From: Gekko japonicus
Taxonomy: Eukaryota
Reading direction: 5' to 3'
Assembly: GCF_001447785.1 (NCBI RefSeq)
Contig: NW_015159742.1
Coordinates: forward strand, 494,484-558,483
DNA length: 64,000 nt
Shown: piece after piece, positions 62,941-64,000 of the stretch
Layout of the letters: every line of letters begins with the position of its first letter
Position numbering within the stretch: position 1 is the first letter of the stretch
The notes under the pieces: generated by a model
Told to the model about the DNA's origin: nothing
The model's input: the letters and a program-made list of their open reading frames with translations, nothing else
The model's database searches: none
Program-made: the position numbers and the translations under genes

Positions 62941-63060
62941 AACAAAAGTTAGAGTCCAGTGTCACCTTTAAGACCGACAAAGTTTTTTTAAGGTATGAGC
63001 TTTCGTGTGCATGCACACTTCCTCAGATACGATGAAATGGAAATTACCAGTCATTACATA
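62941..63060 (-). mobile_element. Penelope-like element pseudo-LTR fragment; degraded relatives at ~5497-5560, ~12427-12580, ~28130-28260
   Basis: Hammerhead core followed by CTTTGTCGGTCTTAAAGGTGACACTGGACTC, typical of squamate PLE ends. Confidence 0.75.
62993..63030 (-). ncRNA. Minimal type I hammerhead ribozyme motif
   Basis: GTAT-CTGAGGA-A-GTGTGC-AT-GCACAC-GAAA-GC-TC-ATAC: stem I, core, stem II, GAAA, cleavage triplet. Confidence 0.75.
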
Positions 63061-64000
63061 TAGGTAGAGAGTGAGCAGTAAATTCACATATAACATAATG
63101 AAGATGTTTAACAGATTCAGGAATAAAAAGCTTAGGTTATATGGTTATATTTGTTTGGGTTCAATGCAGGGTGGGGGGGGAACATAGTGAAGGAAATAAA
63201 TATGTCTACATTGGAGATTGGTGTATCCTTAATTGTGGAGCACTGAGAGTAATTAACTGAGACCCTGCCATTATGCTCCATCTGTCTCCTCTCAAGCATG
63301 GAGGCAACCTTACAGCATCATCTTCTTTGAAGTGGGACAATTGGCTGTATAGGGTTATTCCCCCCCAGTTCCCAGACCAGAGAAGTACTTTCAATCTATG
63401 GTTCCAAATTACATTACATTCTACTATTCGTTACTTTACAATCTGCTATTCTAATCTATTATTCCAATTAAGAAATAAAATAAAGAGGATGTATGGCCCT
63501 TCTGGGGGATTGGTGAGAATACAGATGTAAGGGCTGAATGTAGTTATATTCCTGAAGGCTAAAAGGAAACTAGAAACTGATCTATGAGAGTATCATGATA
63601 TTTTCCAAGATAACAATTAAAAGCTGTTGGCTGTTGCAGATAGTATATCCTTTCAGAATGAACTCTTAGAAAATAAGAGGTTGCAAACAGGAATTCTAAG
63701 TTCTGAAAACAAAATCTACAGATGTCAACAAGATCCCTGCTCAAATATCATCACATATCTGATTAGATATTAAACAAAAGGTGAGGTACAAAACTGGTGC
63801 ATTAACATCCCTCTTATTGTTTATGGTACCAGACCATTTTGAATGGCTTTTTGGATGGCCAGCATTTGGTTTGTTACTGGGAAAATGGGAGCAAGTGGCA
63901 GCAGAGATGTCTGTGGAAATGTCACTGGAAAGGCATGTGCATCTACAGGATGTAATAATGTTTTTGTATATTTGCAGGTAAAGAGAAGGCAAGTGTTCTG

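Noticed and set aside
63400-63850. Degenerate L1 ORF1-like sequence
   Set aside because: Many stops and only a vague resemblance; cannot be supported without a profile search.

Overview
Vertebrate genomic DNA, almost certainly squamate and probably gecko, judged from the repeat families (Sauria SINE, Squam3-like and 5S-derived SINEs, BovB, CR1, Penelope fragments, many hAT MITEs). It has three N-gaps. Two complete minus-strand protein genes can be rebuilt by hand with canonical GT-AG junctions: ATP5F1B (10 coding exons, 39012-47058, 530 aa), which hosts two C/D snoRNAs (SNORD59A/B), and ATG101 (2 coding exons, 53158-55634, 218 aa). The left half (1-33 kb) has no recognisable coding exon. It does have several CpG-rich, promoter-like islands with minus-strand splice donors, most simply read as alternative first exons of BAZ2A (synteny inference only). 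The most unusual items are: a ~400 bp AT-rich, CpG-retaining fold-back insert with a 15 bp target duplication (17.06-17.46 kb); a patchwork duplication joining ATG101 3' sequence with ATP5F1B upstream DNA (49.0-51.2 kb); a tandem duplication of the ATP5F1B C-terminus and stop codon within a cluster of micro-duplications; an intact minimal hammerhead motif in a Penelope remnant; and a short AT-hook-like uORF. I cannot establish a wholly new biological system from the sequence alone. Most long ORFs in the track are repeat or GC artefacts.
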